Shown: positions 62,104 through 64,000 of the stretch, piece after piece
How the letters are laid out: every line of letters begins with the position of its first letter
Numbering within the stretch: the first letter of the stretch is position 1
NCBI GenBank assembly: GCA_918272565.1
Contig: CAKJYW010000003.1
Span: 5,359-69,358 of the forward strand
DNA: 64,000 bases
Reading direction: 5' to 3'
Source of the DNA: Bacilli bacterium
Lineage (GTDB): Bacteria > Bacillota_I > Bacilli_A > ML615J-28 > CAG-698
The notes under the pieces: model-generated
Seen by the model: only the letters and a program-made list of their open reading frames with translations
Told to the model about the DNA's origin: nothing
Database searches by the model: none
Made by a program: the position numbers and the translations under genes

Positions 62104-62934
62104 CTATTTGTTTTGCATTTTATAACAATCTACAATATTTTCTAAAAGTGAAGCTATAGTCATTGGCCCAACTCCTTTTGGAACAGGGGTAATGAAGGAC
62201 GCAATTTTGCTTACTTCATCAAAATCAACATCACCACAGATGTGACCATCTACTCTATTAATACCAACATCAACAACGACTGCGCCTTCTTTAATCATAT
62301 CAGCAGTAAAAAATTTAGGTTTTCCGATTGCGGCAACCATTATATCAGCTTGTTTTGTCATCTCTTTTAAGTTCTTAGTCCTTGAGTGACAAATAGTGAC
62401 AGTTGCATTGTTTTGTAAGAATAGTAAAGCAAGTGGTTTACCAACTAATATGCTTCTACCAACAATAACAACGTGTTTTCCTTCAATCTCAATATTATTT
62501 CTCTTTAATAATGTAATAACTCCTTTTGGTGTTGCAGATGGGATTGTTGGTAAGCCTCCCATAAGTTTACCTTGATTTACAACTGTTAATCCGTCAACAT
62601 CTTTATTAGGATCAATTGTATTAATTACTTTTTCTTCATCCATATGACGAGGAAGTGGCATTTGTACTAAGATTCCGTTGATGCTAGCATCTTTATTACA
62701 TTCATCAATGATCTTTAATAATTCACTTTCTTCAGTATCCTCACTTAATCTATAGTTCTTTACTTCAATTCCTACTTTTTGACAAGCTATATTTTTATTT
62801 CTAACATAGATTTCACTTGCAGGGTTTTCCCCAACCAAAATAAGAGCAAGAGTAATCTTATAATTATTCTTTTCTATTTCTTCTTTAGTAATACCGGTAA
62901 TTGTTTCTGCCATTTTCTTTCCATCTAGAATCAT
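62104..62934 (-). CDS. folD: Methylene-THF dehydrogenase/cyclohydrolase
   Basis: KDVDG, GRSILVGKP, DVGIN, TPVPKGVGPMT. Confidence 0.96.
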   Translation of the reverse strand: MILDGKKMAETITGITKEEIEKNNYKITLALILVGENPASEIYVRNKNIACQKVGIEVKNYRLSEDTEESELLKIIDECNKDASINGILVQMPLPRHMDEEKVINTIDPNKDVDGLTVVNQGKLMGGLPTIPSATPKGVITLLKRNNIEIEGKHVVIVGRSILVGKPLALLFLQNNATVTICHSRTKNLKEMTKQADIMVAAIGKPKFFTADMIKEGAVVVDVGINRVDGHICGDVDFDEVSKIASFITPVPKGVGPMTIASLLENIVDCYKMQNK

Positions 62935-63028
62935 ATGAACCTCCATTAGTTTTATACACATGATATTATACATCAAATTGATTTCTTTTTCTATATATAA
63001 ATAAAAAGAAGGGATAACCCTTTTAAGA

Positions 63029-64000
63029 TTAATCCCTTTTCTCTGTTATTACAAAGTTATCACCAGCTACATCAACGATATATCTTACATTAGGTAAAAT
63101 CTTTTCTTCGATAATAGCCTTAGCTAGAATAGTTTCAATTTCTCTTTGAATAAATCTCTTAATTGGACGAGCACCATATTCAAATGAGAAACTAACATTA
63201 ATGATTTGTTCTTTACATCTATCGCTAAATTCAACATTATAGTGTTCTTCTTTAAGACGATTTTGTAAAATCTTAAGCATCTTAGTAACAATCTTAAGTT
63301 GTGTGTCTTTATCAAGTGGTTTGAATGTAATAATCTCATCAATACGATTTAAGAATTCTGGTCTAAATGAATTCTTTAATAATTCATGAGCCTTATCAAC
63401 CTCACCATTTAGAAGTAACTCACTACCCAAATTAGATGTCATAATAATGATTGTATTCTTAAAATCTACAACACGTCCTTGAGAGTCTGTAAGTCTACCA
63501 TCATCTAGAATTTGAAGCAAAATGTTAAAGACATCACTGTGAGCTTTCTCAATTTCATCAAATAAGACAATTGAGTAAGGATTACGTCTAACTTTTTCGG
63601 TTAATTGTCCGCCTTCTTCATATCCAACATATCCTGGAGGAGCACCAATCAAACGAGAAACGCTAAACTTTTCCATATACTCGCTCATATCTAATCTTAT
63701 AATATTATTCTCTGAATCAAATAGTGCTTCAGCTAAGCTTTTAGCTACTTCAGTTTTACCAACACCGGTAGGTCCTAAGAACAAGAATGATCCGATTGGT
63801 CTATTTTGATCTTTAATACCTGCTCTTTGACGAATGATAGCATCACTTACTAGATTGATTGCTTCATCTTGACCAATTACTCTTAACTTCAAAGTATCTG
63901 CAAGGTTCAAAACTTTCTCTCTATCACCTTTCATAATCTTTGAAATAGGAATATTAGTGCTCTTTGATATGATTTTCGCAATCATATCCTCAGTTACAAC
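63029..64000 (-). CDS. clpB: Clp/Hsp100 ATPase, C-terminal part (ClpB-like; 5' end outside the window)
   Basis: [36 protein letters not shown]. Confidence 0.85.
   Translation of the reverse strand, partial: VVTEDMIAKIISKSTNIPISKIMKGDREKVLNLADTLKLRVIGQDEAINLVSDAIIRQRAGIKDQNRPIGSFLFLGPTGVGKTEVAKSLAEALFDSENNIIRLDMSEYMEKFSVSRLIGAPPGYVGYEEGGQLTEKVRRNPYSIVLFDEIEKAHSDVFNILLQILDDGRLTDSQGRVVDFKNTIIIMTSNLGSELLLNGEVDKAHELLKNSFRPEFLNRIDEIITFKPLDKDTQLKIVTKMLKILQNRLKEEHYNVEFSDRCKEQIINVSFSFEYGARPIKRFIQREIETILAKAIIEEKILPNVRYIVDVAGDNFVITEKRD

Noticed and set aside
1807-63342. Many short ORFs antisense to or nested in long genes (for example 1807-2016, 9270-9632, 10953-11495, 21726-22112, 42566-42943)
   Set aside because: Ser/Leu/Phe-rich shadow frames of real genes, with no RBS or recognisable motifs.
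1-64000. Genome-wide genetic code 4 (TGA=Trp)
   Set aside because: def, cadA, rimM, pth and ylxQ end at TGA at their expected lengths, several in ATGA overlaps; conserved Trp residues use TGG.

Overview
AT-rich chromosomal segment of a low-GC Bacilli/Mollicutes-like bacterium. The lineage is an inference from gene content. TGA is used as a stop codon, so the genetic code is 11. Most of the window is housekeeping on the minus strand: tyrS with a T-box, a ccpA-like LacI gene, a split rpsP-khpA-rimM-trmD-rplS cluster, def, rnj, uvrC, rimP-nusA-infB-rbfA, desulfurase-thiI, rpsD, pgk-tpiA, mnmG-rsmG-parA, pth-mfd-dapF, folD and clpB. Five things stand out. (1) A LysR-divergent five-gene operon (33601-41618) encodes three lipoproteins sharing about five copies of an unnamed domain that resembles a single lobe of a solute-binding protein, an SGNH esterase domain, a polytopic membrane alpha/beta hydrolase and a malic enzyme. 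It is a candidate surface system for scavenging malate or other dicarboxylate esters. (2) A tyrosine-rich leader-peptide attenuator precedes an aromatic amino acid ABC transporter. (3) A 3-kb ECF sigma/anti-sigma/cysteine-peptidase island is bounded by a duplicated trmD 3' end and lies next to an 8 x 10-bp tandem array. (4) An array of paralogous exported proteins contains gene remnants. (5) Two lipoproteins carry three CSGC thioredoxin-like domains. No rRNA, tRNA, CRISPR array or integrase/transposase was seen. All calls are by-eye motif recognition; no searches were run.
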